From Callorhinchus milii (taxonomy: Eukaryota): a stretch of DNA of 64,000 nucleotides. The position numbers and the translations under genes were made by a program. The notes below the pieces were generated by a model. The model searched no databases. It was given only the letters and a program-made list of their open reading frames with translations, and was not told where the DNA came from. Below are positions 1-11,800 of this stretch, one piece after another. The stretch covers positions 124,001 to 188,000 of the forward strand of contig NW_024704812.1 in NCBI RefSeq assembly GCF_018977255.1, given 5' to 3'. The stretch's first letter is position 1. Every line of letters starts with the position of its first letter.

Positions 1-1431
1 GATGCGATTGTGGAGCTGGTGTTGACTTTCCATATTATACTAAAATTTCCCAGTTCACTGGGCATTACCAGGAAGTACACAGATTGTCCGGCTGTGGCTT
101 CTATCTGACTCTCAGTGACGGTCAGACTGAAAGCTCCCACCTGCTCTGTAATACAAAACACACACAACAGTCAATCACCAAATATCACAATGTAATAATA
201 ATATTCATCCTTGCATTTGATCTAACGTCTTATCACGTCTTTGAGATGTCTCAAAGCGCTTCACAGAATTACTGTCAGGTGAATTGACTATATTTGTGGA
301 CAAAAGTTTTGAAGGAATTATTACCCCCAGAAAAGCAATCCGCCAATCGACTAACAACCAGGTTTCTACTTACTTCTGATAAACAGAGGCGTGTGGGTAC
401 GTGTGAAGTAAGGAAACTTGCCCAACGTTTCCCCCAGAGGGGAAGCGAACCCAGATCTCTCACTTACAAGGTGAGCGCTCTTACCACTGAACTACAGAAC
501 TGCACAATTCAGAAAATGTCATTTGTTTAAGATGAAAGATAGATTTAGATAGATTTCTGCTAGAAAATAATAGCTTGGGATACAGTAGATAGACCCACAG
601 ATACACACAGAAAGACATAGAGAGAGAGGAGACAGACACATACACACACACCGAGACAGAGACACACACACAGAGGCAGAGAGAGGTACCATTTGTGTAG
701 CGACTTTCACGTCGGGAGGATATCTCATAGATAGACACACTCACAGACACAGAGAGTCACTCACACACATAGAGAGACACACACAGGCACATCCACAAAC
801 ACACAGAGAAGGAGACACAGACACACAACGACACACAGACACTCACAAACAGAGAGATACACAGACAAACAGACACTCACAAACAGAGAGATACACAGAC
901 AAACAGAGACACACATAGACACTCACAAATGCATATAGAGAGACACACACACACACTCATACACACGCGGACACAGAGACACACACACACTCACAAACTG
1001 AGAGAAACACACACACTCACAAACAGAGACACAGACACACACACTGAGAGACAGAAACACAGACACACACAGAGAGCGACACATACACAGAGACACACAG
1101 AGAGACACATACAGAAAGACATAGATACACGCGGATAGATAGAGAAACATACCGAGAGACAGACACCCCCCAGATAATCACACACACACACACACAGACA
1201 GAGACATACACTGTGAGACAGACACACACATCCAGACAGAGATATATATACACACACACACAGTGGGAGACACACACAGTATATAGTTTGGGACATGTCG
1301 AACGACTGCCAGGACGGTGGGAGATGAACGAGATGGACCTTTGCTTATGTTGTTACCAGTAACTCACCCAAATTAGTGACCAGAATGAGCAGAGCAGCCA
1401 CCAACATCCTCGCGGCTGGAAACCACCACAT
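1..1431 (-). CDS. Copy 0: 5' part of CEACAM/VSIG10L-like Ig receptor (leader exon + partial IgV exon; gene continues off the left edge)
   Basis: Leader exon 1431-1368 (64 nt, MWWFPAARMLVAALLILVTNL+G, donor gtgagt). V exon starts at 145 after ttacag and reads EQVGAFSLTVTESQIEATAGQSVYFLVMPSELGNFSIIWKVNTSSTIAS... Confidence 0.88.
190..490 (-). mobile_element. tRNA-derived SINE in the leader-V intron of copies 0 and A (also 13915-14220)
   Basis: Family tail ccttgcatttgat...ttatcacg and head accactgaactacag. Confidence 0.8.
600..1285. repeat. Compound (CA)n/(GA)n microsatellite tract, leader-V intron (also 14325-14995; shorter at 29530-29655, 44480-44505, 59650-59675)
   Basis: Direct inspection; length differs strongly between copies. 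Confidence 0.95.
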
Positions 1432-1560
1432 ATACACGTTAGGGAGAGAGACAGAGACAAACTGAATATGGGCTGTCACCTGAACGCAGGGCAGAGTCTG
1501 CTGTTAATCATTACTGTTACTGTAGAGAGACCCTGACACTGGCTCTAATGGCACCCGGTG

Positions 1561-1620
1561 CACTTTCACTTTGTCAGGAATTAATATGTTAATTTATGAG
1601 ATAAATAGATTTACTTCCTG
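1561..1620 (-). promoter_or_regulatory. Putative proximal promoter of copy 0: IRF-E (AAAGTGAAAGTG) + ETS (CAGGAAGT)
   Basis: cactttcacttt at 1561-1572 and acttcctg at 1613-1620, 130-190 nt upstream of the ATG in non-repeat sequence. Motif match only. Confidence 0.55.
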
Positions 1621-1844
1621 TAAGACACATTTTACGCCCTCACTATTTTTAATATTATTATAATAATAGTCCTTGCGTTTGACACAGCGCCTTATCACGT
1701 TTTTGAGACTTCTCAAAGTGCTTCACAGGATACACTGAGAAATGTAGTGACTGTGTTTTGTGGGAGAAACGCAGCAGCCAATTCCATACAGCAATGTTCC
1801 ACAAACAGTAGAGGATTGAGTGCCGTATTAGTTACAAAAAATTT

Positions 1845-2240
1845 TGAATAATCCTTCCATCTGATACAGCACCTTATCACATCTTCGAAACGTCTCAAAG
1901 CGCTTCACAGGATACGCTGTAAAGTGGAGTGACTGTGTGTTTTGGGGGCTGAAACATGGCAGCCAATTGCACACAGCGACGTCCCCACAAACAGTTGTGG
2001 ATTGAGTGACCACATTATTATTATTTTTTAAAAGATATTATTGCCCCCAGGAAATCGATCCCCCAATCAACTAACCCCCGGGTTCCTACTGACTGCTGAT
2101 AAACAGAGGTGTGAGTAAAAAGTGTGTGTGTGGAGTAAGGAAACTTGCTTAAGGTTTTGCCCTGACACACCTGGGAATCGAACCCAGATCCTCTCGCTTG
2201 CGAGGCGAGCGCTCTAACCCCTGAGCTACAGGGACTCCAC
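1845..2240 (-). mobile_element. tRNA-derived SINE (homologues about 15570-15960, 30220-30618, 45070-45460, 60230-60622)
   Basis: Reverse-oriented head (ctgagctacagggactcc), body, and tail (ataatcc...tgatacagcaccttatcac). Confidence 0.85.
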
Positions 2241-2319
2241 AAGATACTCACTGAGACACAAGTTTAGTGTGTGTTTTGTGATGTGTTCAGTGACTGTTTA
2301 GGGATGTGTTCAGGGTCAT

Positions 2320-2745
2320 GTTTCGTTACCCCATCACCCCCATCTTCGTTCGGCTCCACTGACTCCCCATCACTGAGAGAGTACAGTTCAAGCTCCTGGT
2401 CCTCACCTTCGAAGCACTCCATGGCCTCACTCCCCCCCACCTCTGTGAACTCCTAACTCACCCCCTACCAACCTGTCCATTCTCTGCACTCAGTAGGCTC
2501 CGGCCGGCTTCACATCCCCCACCCGCCTCCCCCACCATTGGCTGTCGGGCATTCAGCCTCTCCGCCCCCTCCCTCGCCTCCTTCAAGGCCAGTTTCAAGA
2601 CCTTCCTCGTCGACCATCACATCTTTGGTCACTGTCCTACCCTCACTCTCCCCGTCCTCTACCCTTCCTGATCCCAACCCCCAACCTGGGTATAAACCTC
2701 TGACTGTCCAGCACTTTGGGATGTCCTCCTGACGTGAATATAATA
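2320..2745 (+). mobile_element. L2 LINE 3' fragment (also about 16040-16450, 30695-31100, 45550-45960, 60715-61110)
   Basis: PITPIFxRLHWLPITERVQFKLLVLTFEALHGLTP...FKASFKIFLF matches the L2 RT C-terminus; ends in gggacgtcctcctgac. Confidence 0.85.
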
Positions 2746-3029
2746 ATCATTCCATTTGATATCGCGCCTTATCACGTCGTCGAGACATCTCATTCATAGA
2801 ACACATTGTAGAGTGGAGTGACTGTATTTTGTAGCCGAAATACAGCAGCCAATTATCATTTAATTGAAGCGGCTCAAAGAGCTCAGCAGGATATGCTACT
2901 GTAAAGTGTAGTGACTGTGTGTTCAGAGACTGTGTAGTGACTGTCAGGGTTAGTGTGCACCCCACCACACTCCTTACCTCTGACACAAGATGGAATTATT
3001 GCGGTCAAACCAAAGGAATTTTATTACCA

Positions 3030-3482
3030 GAAGAAGATAACAAGAGAGAAATGTGGAGAGACGAGAGAAGCTGAGATTGTTCTCCTTAGAGCAAGAGGAG
3101 GATAGGGGAGATCTAATATAGGTGTTCAAAATGATGAGGGGTTTTGATAGAGTAAATAGGGAGAAACTGTTTCCACTGGTGTGTGGGTCAGTAACGGGAG
3201 AACATAGATTTAATATAATTGGGAAAAGAACCAGAGGGGAGACGAGGGGACATTTACGCAGCGATTTATTACGATCTGAAACGTACTGTCGGAAAGGCTC
3301 ATGAAATCAGATTCCATAGTAGCTTTCAAAAGGGAATTGGACAGGGACTTGAAAAGGAAAAATATGCAGAGATACGGGGTAGGAGCGGGGGAGTGGGACT
3401 GATTGGGCAGCTCTTTCAAAGAACCGGCACAGACACGATGGGCTGAATGGCCTCCGCCTGTGCTGTAAGATTCTGTGATTCC
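3030..3482 (+). mobile_element. CR1-type LINE 3' fragment (also about 16750-17200, 31220-31447 deleted, 46255-46670, 61410-61855)
   Basis: RT C-terminal peptide FKMMRGFDRVNREKLFPLV, then the typical 3' UTR atgggctgaatggcctcc...ctgtaagattctgtgattc. Confidence 0.85.
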
Positions 3483-3489
3483 ATAATTC

Positions 3490-3838
3490 CATTTGATATA
3501 GCGCCTTAACACGTCGAGATCTCAGAGCTCTTCACAGAGTACACTGTAAAGTGAATTGACTGTATATTTGTGGGCGAAACGCGGCAGACAATTGCGCACA
3601 GCAGTGTCCCACAAACAGTCGTGGATCGAAGCAGCCAATATATTATTTTTTTGTAAGGATTATTACCCGCAGAAAAGTAATCCACCAGTCGACTAACAAC
3701 CGTATTCTTACTTACTGCAGTGTAAACAGAGGCGTGTGCGTGTGAAATAAGGACATTATGCCCCGACCCGCCCAGGAATCGAACAAAGGTCCTCTCGCTT
3801 GTGAGGCGAGTGCTGTAACCACTGAGCTGCAGGACTCC
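3490..3838 (-). mobile_element. tRNA-derived SINE (homologues about 17210-17570, 31465-31818, 46690-47038, 61860-62228)
   Basis: Same family head, body and tail in reverse orientation. Confidence 0.85.
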
Positions 3839-3924
3839 AACGATAAAACCCCTGACAGGTAAACCACCCGGAGCTCAGTGACCTGTGAGTTAGGAATGTC
3901 TGGAGTTAATCGCTGTACAGCTCA

Positions 3925-3972
3925 AAGGTTTCAGTTGGTTTGAAGCAGTGATTTCATGTGGAAGTGAAAGCC
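3925..3972. promoter_or_regulatory. Candidate distal enhancer: ETS-IRF composite element GGAAGTGAAA plus an IRF half-site (also 17691, 31938, 47158, 62351)
   Basis: Exact EICE consensus GGAAnnGAAA at 3960-3969 and ggtttcagtt at 3927-3936, in a block of about 170 nt with no repeat I recognise, present in all five spacers. Confidence 0.4.
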
Positions 3973-4679
3973 ATTGTAAGATTAGCTCACTCATAAAGCT
4001 GGCTCGTGGCCTCAGATTCCTGTACCTTGCCTGCAGCTGGCTGGGATAATAATGGTAATAATAATAATAATAATAATCCTTGCATTTGATATAGCGCTTT
4101 TCACATCTTCTTGACGACTCCATACGCTTCACAGAATTGTGAATTGATTGCATAAATTTGTGGGCGAAATGCGGAGGCCAATTACGCACAGCAGTGTCCC
4201 ACAAACAGTCGTGGATTGAAATGACCAATTTATTATTGTTTTTTTTGAGGGATTATTATCAGGGTGTGGAGTAAGGAAACTTACCCAAGGCCTCGCCCGG
4301 CCGGGAATCAAACTCAGGTCTCTCACTAATAATAATAGTGATAATAATAATAGTAATTCTTGCAAAAAAGATAAATTGGTCACTTCAATCCACAACTGTT
4401 TGTGGGACACCTCTGTGCAATTAATTGGCTGTTGACTAACAAGCGAGATTACTTTCTGCTTGGTAAACAGAGGCGCGCGCGCGTGTGTGTGTCTGTGTGT
4501 GCATGTCTGTTTGTGTGTGTATGTCTGTGTGTGTGCGTTTCTGTGAGTATGTGTGTGTGTGTGAGTCTGTGTCTGCGTATGTGTCTGTGTGTGTGGAGTA
4601 AGGAAACTTGCCCAACGTTTCACCCTGAATACTGAACTCCTGGTAAATAACATTAACTTCTCAGTGAGCCGATAAGTCA

Positions 4680-5800
4680 CAACAACAACAACAACAATAA
4701 CAACTTGTATTTACACAGCGCCCTTTACGAGGGTAGCGTCTCGGAGTGGTGGAGCCTGACGCAGAGTCAGGGAGAGACAGGGAGTAGGTGACCGTGAGCA
4801 TGGTCAAAGAGAAAGATGTTCAGTCGTGAGAAAGAGGGACGAGGATAGGAGAGGGGAGGAAAGGTGGAAAGGCGGAGAGATCGGGGGAGAGAACTCCAAA
4901 GTCTGACAATACGACCCCCCATGATGGATCAGAGGGCACGAGGGACACGCAGGAGGCCGGAGGCAGCCGAGAGGAGGCAGTGGGTAGTGGGTTGGGGGGG
5001 TCAGCAGGTCGGAGAGAGAGGTAGGGAGGTGCCAGAGCCTGAAGAGATTTGTAGATGATTGAAAGGATCTTGAAATCGATCTACGTTGTCACAGCTATCT
5101 ACTTCCTGGTGCCATTACGACGTAAATTGTGATAAATATCTTTTTGGTGCTTTCCAAGGTCCTGAAACACAATGCAGATCGGACAGACCATTACCAACAA
5201 CATTTTACACTGAACCTTTCACATCAGGAGGACGTCCCAAGGACCTGGACAGTCAGGGATTTGGATCTGAGCTGTGGGTTGGGATCAGGACGGGGTGGAT
5301 AGTGGCGATGTAGGCGTTAGGAAGGTGACCAGGTTGAGGAGGAAAGTCTTGTGACAGGCCTTGAAGGAGGTGAGGGAGTGATGGGGTGGGATGGAGGTAC
5401 TGTGGGATGGAGTTCCAGAGGGTGGGGCAGAGTAACTGAAGGCCCAACCGATGGTGGGGCAGGTGAGGCGGGGGATGTGAAGCAGGCCGGAGCCCGCTGA
5501 GCAGAGAGAGCGGACAGGTTGTTAGGGGGTATGGGGAGCTGCAGAGTTAGTTCTGGATGATCTGCAGTTTGTAGAGGGAGGCGTTGGGGAGGCCGACAAG
5601 CAGGGAGTGGGCAAAGTCAAGCCTGTTTGTGGTGAACACATGGATGAGGGCCTCGGTGGCCTGTGGTGAGAGACAGTGGCGGAGCCGGGCAATATGGCGG
5701 AGGTGGGGATGGCATAGCAGGTCATGGCACGGATGAGGGGATGAAGGACAGTTTAGGGTCGTAAAGGACAGAGGTGGGACAGCAAGAGACTGAGCCGGGC
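4680..5800 (-). mobile_element. Degenerate L2 fragments flanking cyt3 (3' UTR and cyt2-cyt3 intron); repeated in each copy
   Basis: LWNSIP, FKACHKTFLF and GWAFSxSAP-like remnants with (TTG)n tails. Confidence 0.75.
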
Positions 5801-8800
5801 TGACACACTGTCCGTGTCAGCCATTTGTTTCCTCACCATGTAAGGGCCTGAATCCTTCTGGGAGACATTGGCAGAGGAAGCCTAAAATATAACCAAACAC
5901 AGTTTAGCTATTCATTAGCAATGTCGTTAGCAGTAAATAATAATAACCATTGCATTTCATACAGTGCCTTATCACGTCTTCATAACATCTCAAAGCGCTT
6001 CACAGGATACACGGTAAAGAGTAGTGACTGTGTGGTTTCATAATAATAATAATCGTTGCATTTGATACAGTGCCTTATCACGTCTTTGAGTCGTATCAAA
6101 GAGGAGCCAATTGCCTAAGGTTTTGCCCTGTCCGGGAAACAAAACCGGATCCTCTCGCTTGAGAGGCGAGGACTCTAACCACTGAGCTACAGGACTGCAC
6201 AGGACTTACTCTGACATCAATGGTCTCGTAGTGTGGTTCACCCTCTGTCTCTTGCTGTGTTTTGGCTGGAAAATAAACAACAACTTGTTTATTCAAAGGC
6301 ACAGCCTCTGATGGTGGGATGGAGGGAACGAGGGACAAATAGGAGGCCGGTGTGGGGTGGGGGTGAGCAGGTCGGAGAGGTAGGGAGGTGCCAGGGCATG
6401 AAGGGGTTTGAAAACGAGTGAGAGGATCTTGAAATCGTAGAAAATCTTGAAAATCTACAAGTTTGTACATTTGCTGAACCGGTTAACTTGGAGAGAAATG
6501 GAGAGGGAGGGACTGATAGAGAGAGAGAGAGAGAGAAAGAGAGAGATTGGCAGTGAGAGATAGGGTTAGAGCCTGACAGAAAGACAAAGAGGGAGCGATT
6601 GAAAGAGAGAGGTGGAGATGGATGGATAGAGACTGATAGAGAGTGAGATGGAGGGTGATAGAGAGGAGATGGTGAAATGGAGTGGGAGAGACTGATAGAG
6701 AGAGAGAGAAAGATGATGGGTCAAGACTGATGGAGGAAGAGTGAGACGGAGAAGATAGAGACTGATTGAGTTTGTGACGGAGGTGGATAGAGACTAACAG
6801 AGGGAGTGTGAGACAGAGGGGAAGAGACTGATAGAGAGAGATGAAGGGGGAGAGACTGACAGTGAAAGAGAGTGAGATGAAGGGGTAGAGACTGATAGAT
6901 GGAGAGGACAGTGAGAGGGTGAGTGGCTGAGGGGGGTCTGGGCTGGTATATAAACTACAGAACATGAAGGTGAAAGGTTTTCCTGTGTATATACGGCCTC
7001 ACCTTCCTTACGTTTCCTGTAAACGTACACCACAGCGAGTGTTGCAATGACCACCACAGCCACAGCCCCCACTATTGTCCCCACTATCAGGGCCACATTC
7101 ACTGCGGAGAGAAACACCTTCACTGTCTCTCTATTAGATTATACTCTCGTAACATAGAGACCACAGCACAGACCTCATGTAAATCATAGCAATCCTCGCA
7201 TTTGATACAGCGCCTTATCACGTCGTTGTAAAGTGTCGTAACTGTATTTTGTCGGCGGAACACAGCAGCCAATTGCGCACAGCGGTGACCCACAAACAGT
7301 CGTGGATTGATTGACCAGATTTTTTGTTTTTTTGGAGGGATTATGACCCCCAGAAAGTGAACCGTCAATTGACTAACAGCGGGTTCCTACCTACTGCTGA
7401 TAAACAGAGGTGCGCGTCTGTGTGTGTATGTGTGTGTGTGTGTCTGTTGTCTGCGGTGGGGTGTACATGTCTGTCTGTGAGTTTGTGTGTGTCTGTGACT
7501 GTGTAAGTGTGTGTGTCTGTGTGTGTGTCTGTGTGTGTGTCAACATATCATAACTTACCTCCGCCTTTCAAAGTCACGTCAAATTGGAAGAAGTTCTCTC
7601 CCATTGCGTTAGTGACACGGCATTGATATGTGCCCTGATCGGTTGCCTGGAATTTACTGATGAGCAGTTTAGAGAAGGTTAGTCCTGAGGTGATGTTGAA
7701 CTTGCCGTCAGAGCCAGTGATGGAGTTGTCTTCCTTCGACCATGTAAAGTGTGCGGGCAGCAGGCCAGGGTCTGACACCCGCACTGTGTCTGTCAGTGAC
7801 ACGTCTAAGGTCACATCTGCCTCCTTCCCCACTTCCACCTGAGGCTCAGACCCTGACGCTCTCTGGGGTTTATCTGTGTAACAGCACAGACGGCGTTCAG
7901 CAAAACAGCAACACAGTCACCCCAACAGTCAGTAGGAATAATAATAATCCTCCTGTTTGATACATCGCCTTATCACGCCATCGAGACATCTTAAATCCCA
8001 TCTAAAGACCTTCCTCTTCGACCAACCGCACCTTCAGCCACCCTCCCACCCCAAAACCCACCCCACTGCCCTCCACCCCTCCTGACCACAACTCCCAGCT
8101 CAGGTCCAAAAACCCTGACTGTGCAGCGTCCCGGGACGTGTTTGCGACGTGAAGGGCGCTATACAAGTGTAATTTGTCATCGTTGTTGTTGTTCAGCCCT
8201 CAAGTCCTCACCAATGACTATAGAGCATTGACTGTCAGAGACAACATGGCGTCCAACACATGTGAAGATCTCTCGGGAGCTGAGCTGATCCTTTGTGATG
8301 GTGACATTCCCCTCGTTTGTCTCAATGACAATCGTCTGTCCGACCTTCAGCTGAAGGACAGTGTCTGGCACCCCACCAGCCCAGGAGCACATCAACACCA
8401 ATGCTGTTCCTTTATCTGCTGCTCCGCATGTGATCTGCTGTGTGGGAGCCCCTTGAACAAGGCAAAGACAAACAGTCCAGTTATTGGCTCCACCTTGAGT
8501 TGTCCCCACCCTCGCCCGGCTCCACTGGCTCCCCATCCCTCAGAGGATACTGTTCCAGTTCCTGGTGCTCAGCTTTAAAGCCCTCCATGGCCTCACTCCT
8601 CCCTCCCTACCTCTGTGACCTCCTCACCCCTGACCAACCTCCCCTTATTGGGCTCCTCCTTGCTCCATGACCCCCGCCCGGCCCTCCTCACCATCAGCGG
8701 TCGGGCCTTCAGTCTCTCTGCCCCCACCCTCTGAAACTCCCACAATCCCTCTGCCACATCTCCCTCACCTCCTTCAAAACTTATCTCAAGATCCTCCTCT

Positions 8801-11800
8801 TTGACAGACTGTGCCTTCGTTCACCCTCCTACACCCATCCTCCCCACCCTCCAACCCTCCTGATAGCAACCCCCAGCTCAGGTGTGGGTCCCTGACTGTC
8901 CAGTGCCTTGGGACATCCTCCTGATGTGAAAGCCACTGTGTAAATGTCATGTGTTGTTTACACAGTGCCAATTTTGACTGAGATCTAACTCACTGTACAC
9001 GAGGATTGAAACCTTCTCCGTGCGGCTAATCGTGGTGTAATCGCTCTCCACATTGCAAGTGTAATCCCCGCTGCTTTGGAACGTGAGGCTCTCTATAGGC
9101 AGCTGTGAGGTGTTGCCGGCAATGACCGCGGTGTTATGTGTCCACCTGTAGTTACACTCTGGGAAACATTTCGTCTGACAGTTGAGTGTCACTAAATCTC
9201 CCTCCTTCCCACAGTAGTGGCCTGAGAACAAGCTGCCACATAGCTCCAGCCCGATCACTTCAACTGTGGGTGGATCAGGGCCATCTGAAAGAATAAGCAT
9301 TAAACTATGGCATAGATAGATAAATGGATGGCAGATGATAGCGTGAGAGAAACAGCCTTTTTACATGTATCACAGACCTCTGACTGTTTGTGGGTCGCTG
9401 CTGTGTGCAATTGGCTGCTGCGTTTTGCTCATAACATATACAGTCAATTCACTTTACAGTGTATTCTGTGAAGCGTTTCAGTCGTCCAGAAGACGTGAAA
9501 AGCGCTGTATCAAATGCAAGGATTATTATATTATTGACAGAGCAAAACGTCGGCCCAGTTTCCCTACTCCCAAACACACCCTCTGTTTACTGAGCAGTAA
9601 TTAGGAACCCGGTTATTAGTCGATTGGTGAGAATCAAACCAAAGTCCTCTCACTTGCGAGGTGAGGGCTCCAACCACTACAGGACCCCACTGTTTGTTTC
9701 TCTATTCACAGCATCAAACCCCAATGTAGAATATTCCAGCATTGCATTGGAGCTTCAGTCTGGACTACATGAGTTCCAAGTACTGACGTGAGGCCACAAC
9801 CTTCTGACTTATAGAGAGCTGAGCCAGGCTGGAACAAGTAGGGATATACGTGGGCCAACTGCACTGTCCTGTTCAGCTCACGTTGATCTGGTTTTAACAC
9901 CACAGCAAATATACTCACAAGTTATCACCAGCTTCACTGGTTTGCTGCTGTCACTGCTCACCAGGTTACTGGCCGTGCAGATAAACCCTCCACTGTCGTT
10001 CCTGTGTACGGGGCTGATTGTCAGAGTGCTATTATCTGCAGATAGTGTGTAACGTGGGGTTACAGGTAACGGGTGTCCACCCAGTGCCCAGGAATAGGTG
10101 GGGAACGATCCCATCGCTGTACATCTCAGTGTCACTGTGTCCTTATTCTCTATCATCATCTCCCCGTCTGGACTCAGGCTGATGCTCACATTGGACACCA
10201 GGGCTGTAAGATAAAGCGTTTCATTTCATTCAGACACAAAGCTTAACACAAAGCTGTTCTGATTCACTTTACTAACACTGCACTGCATTTCCGACACTGT
10301 TAGTGTTATTATTTTTCCCCCTTAATTCAGACATCAAGTGCTCTGGGACGCTATCCTGCGTGAGGGGGCTATATCAATGTAAGCTGTTGTTGTTATAATA
10401 ATAATCTTTGCATTTGATACAGCGACTTATCACATCTTCGAGACATCTGAAAGCACTTCACAGAATATACTGTGTAACTTGTGGGTGAAACGCGGCTTTC
10501 AATTGAGCCCAATGACATCCCCAGAAACAGTTGTGGATTGAGTGACCAAATTATTATTATTATTTTATTTTTTTGAAGTAATTATTGCCCCCGGAAAAGT
10601 GATCCACCAATCGACTAACAACTGGGTTCCTACTGACTGCTGTTAAACAGAGACGTATGGAGTAGGAAACCTGCCCATCGTTACGCCAGGAATCAAACCC
10701 TCTCACTTTCGAGGCCAGTGCTCTAACCCCTGAGCTACAGGTCTCCGTACATAGTATGCAGTTCTGTAGTTAGTAGTATTGTTACACCAGTAGTTATGCG
10801 AACAACAATCTGGGCCAAGAAAAGTAAAAATTGTGGGGCGATTTGGGCATTTTTGACACATTTTGCAGAAAATGGCGGGGAGTTGATCGGGGATTTTGAT
10901 GAACATGTTTTCACTTTATTGATAAAAAGTGAACATGTTACATTGTTGGGGAAAAATATAATTGCTTCTTTACCGAGGACTGGGTGGGTTTTTTTTTGGG
11001 GCGGTGTGGGCGAGAGAGATACACACTCACACACACACAGGGAGAGTCACACACTCACAGAGAGAGGCACACACACTCAGAAACACAGAGACAGTCTCAC
11101 ACACACACACACACACAGGGAGAGTCACACACTCACAGAGAGAGACACACACTCAGAAACACAGAGACAGACACACACACACACACACACACACACAGGG
11201 AGAGTCATACGCTCACAGAGACGCACATACAGAAACACAGAGAGACACACACTCTCACAGAGAGACACACACACTCAGAGACTCAGAGTGAGGCACACAC
11301 ACAGACACGGAGAGCAACACACACATTTGTATAGCGCCTTTCACGTTGGGAGCATATCCCATAGATTGAGACGCACTCACAGACACAGAGAGACACTCAC
11401 AAACACATAGAGAGACACACAAAGGGACATTCACAAACACACAGACGGAGACGCAGACACACAACGACACTCACAAACAGAGATACACAGTCACACAGAG
11501 ACACACATAGCTCACAAATGCATATAGGGAGACACACACACACACTCATTCACACACGGACACAGAGACACACTCACAAAGAGAGAGACACACACACTCA
11601 CACACAGACGCAAACAATCACAACAGCGGTGAATCCAAGTGAAGCCCATTTGCGTGTCCTGAGCCGAGCGCCCCACAGTGACGTCAGTGAGGCCCGTGGG
11701 CCGGAAAGTACATTATTATTTGTACCGGGTTTCTAATAATAATAATGACAATACTCGTATTTGATATAGCGCCTTATCCCGTCGTTGAGACTCTTGTATT

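Noticed and set aside
929-1296. HT/CV-rich ORFs (also 14644-15008, 21045-21328 and similar)
   Set aside because: Translations of dinucleotide microsatellites.
2960-3030. Minus-strand AG|gtaagg donor and AATAAA as a 5' UTR exon or poly(A) site
   Set aside because: The donor is changed in other copies and the region is deleted upstream of copy B; cannot be assigned without transcripts.
8174-8578. Plus-strand Cys-rich ORFs (134 aa; also 36913-37317, 52105-52509)
   Set aside because: Antisense shadow of the C exon, recurring only because the exon is duplicated.
10796-11410. 204-aa plus-strand ORF in the copy A-specific intron
   Set aside because: Mostly (CA)n/(GA)n translation; the unique 5' part has no motif I recognise and no splice context.
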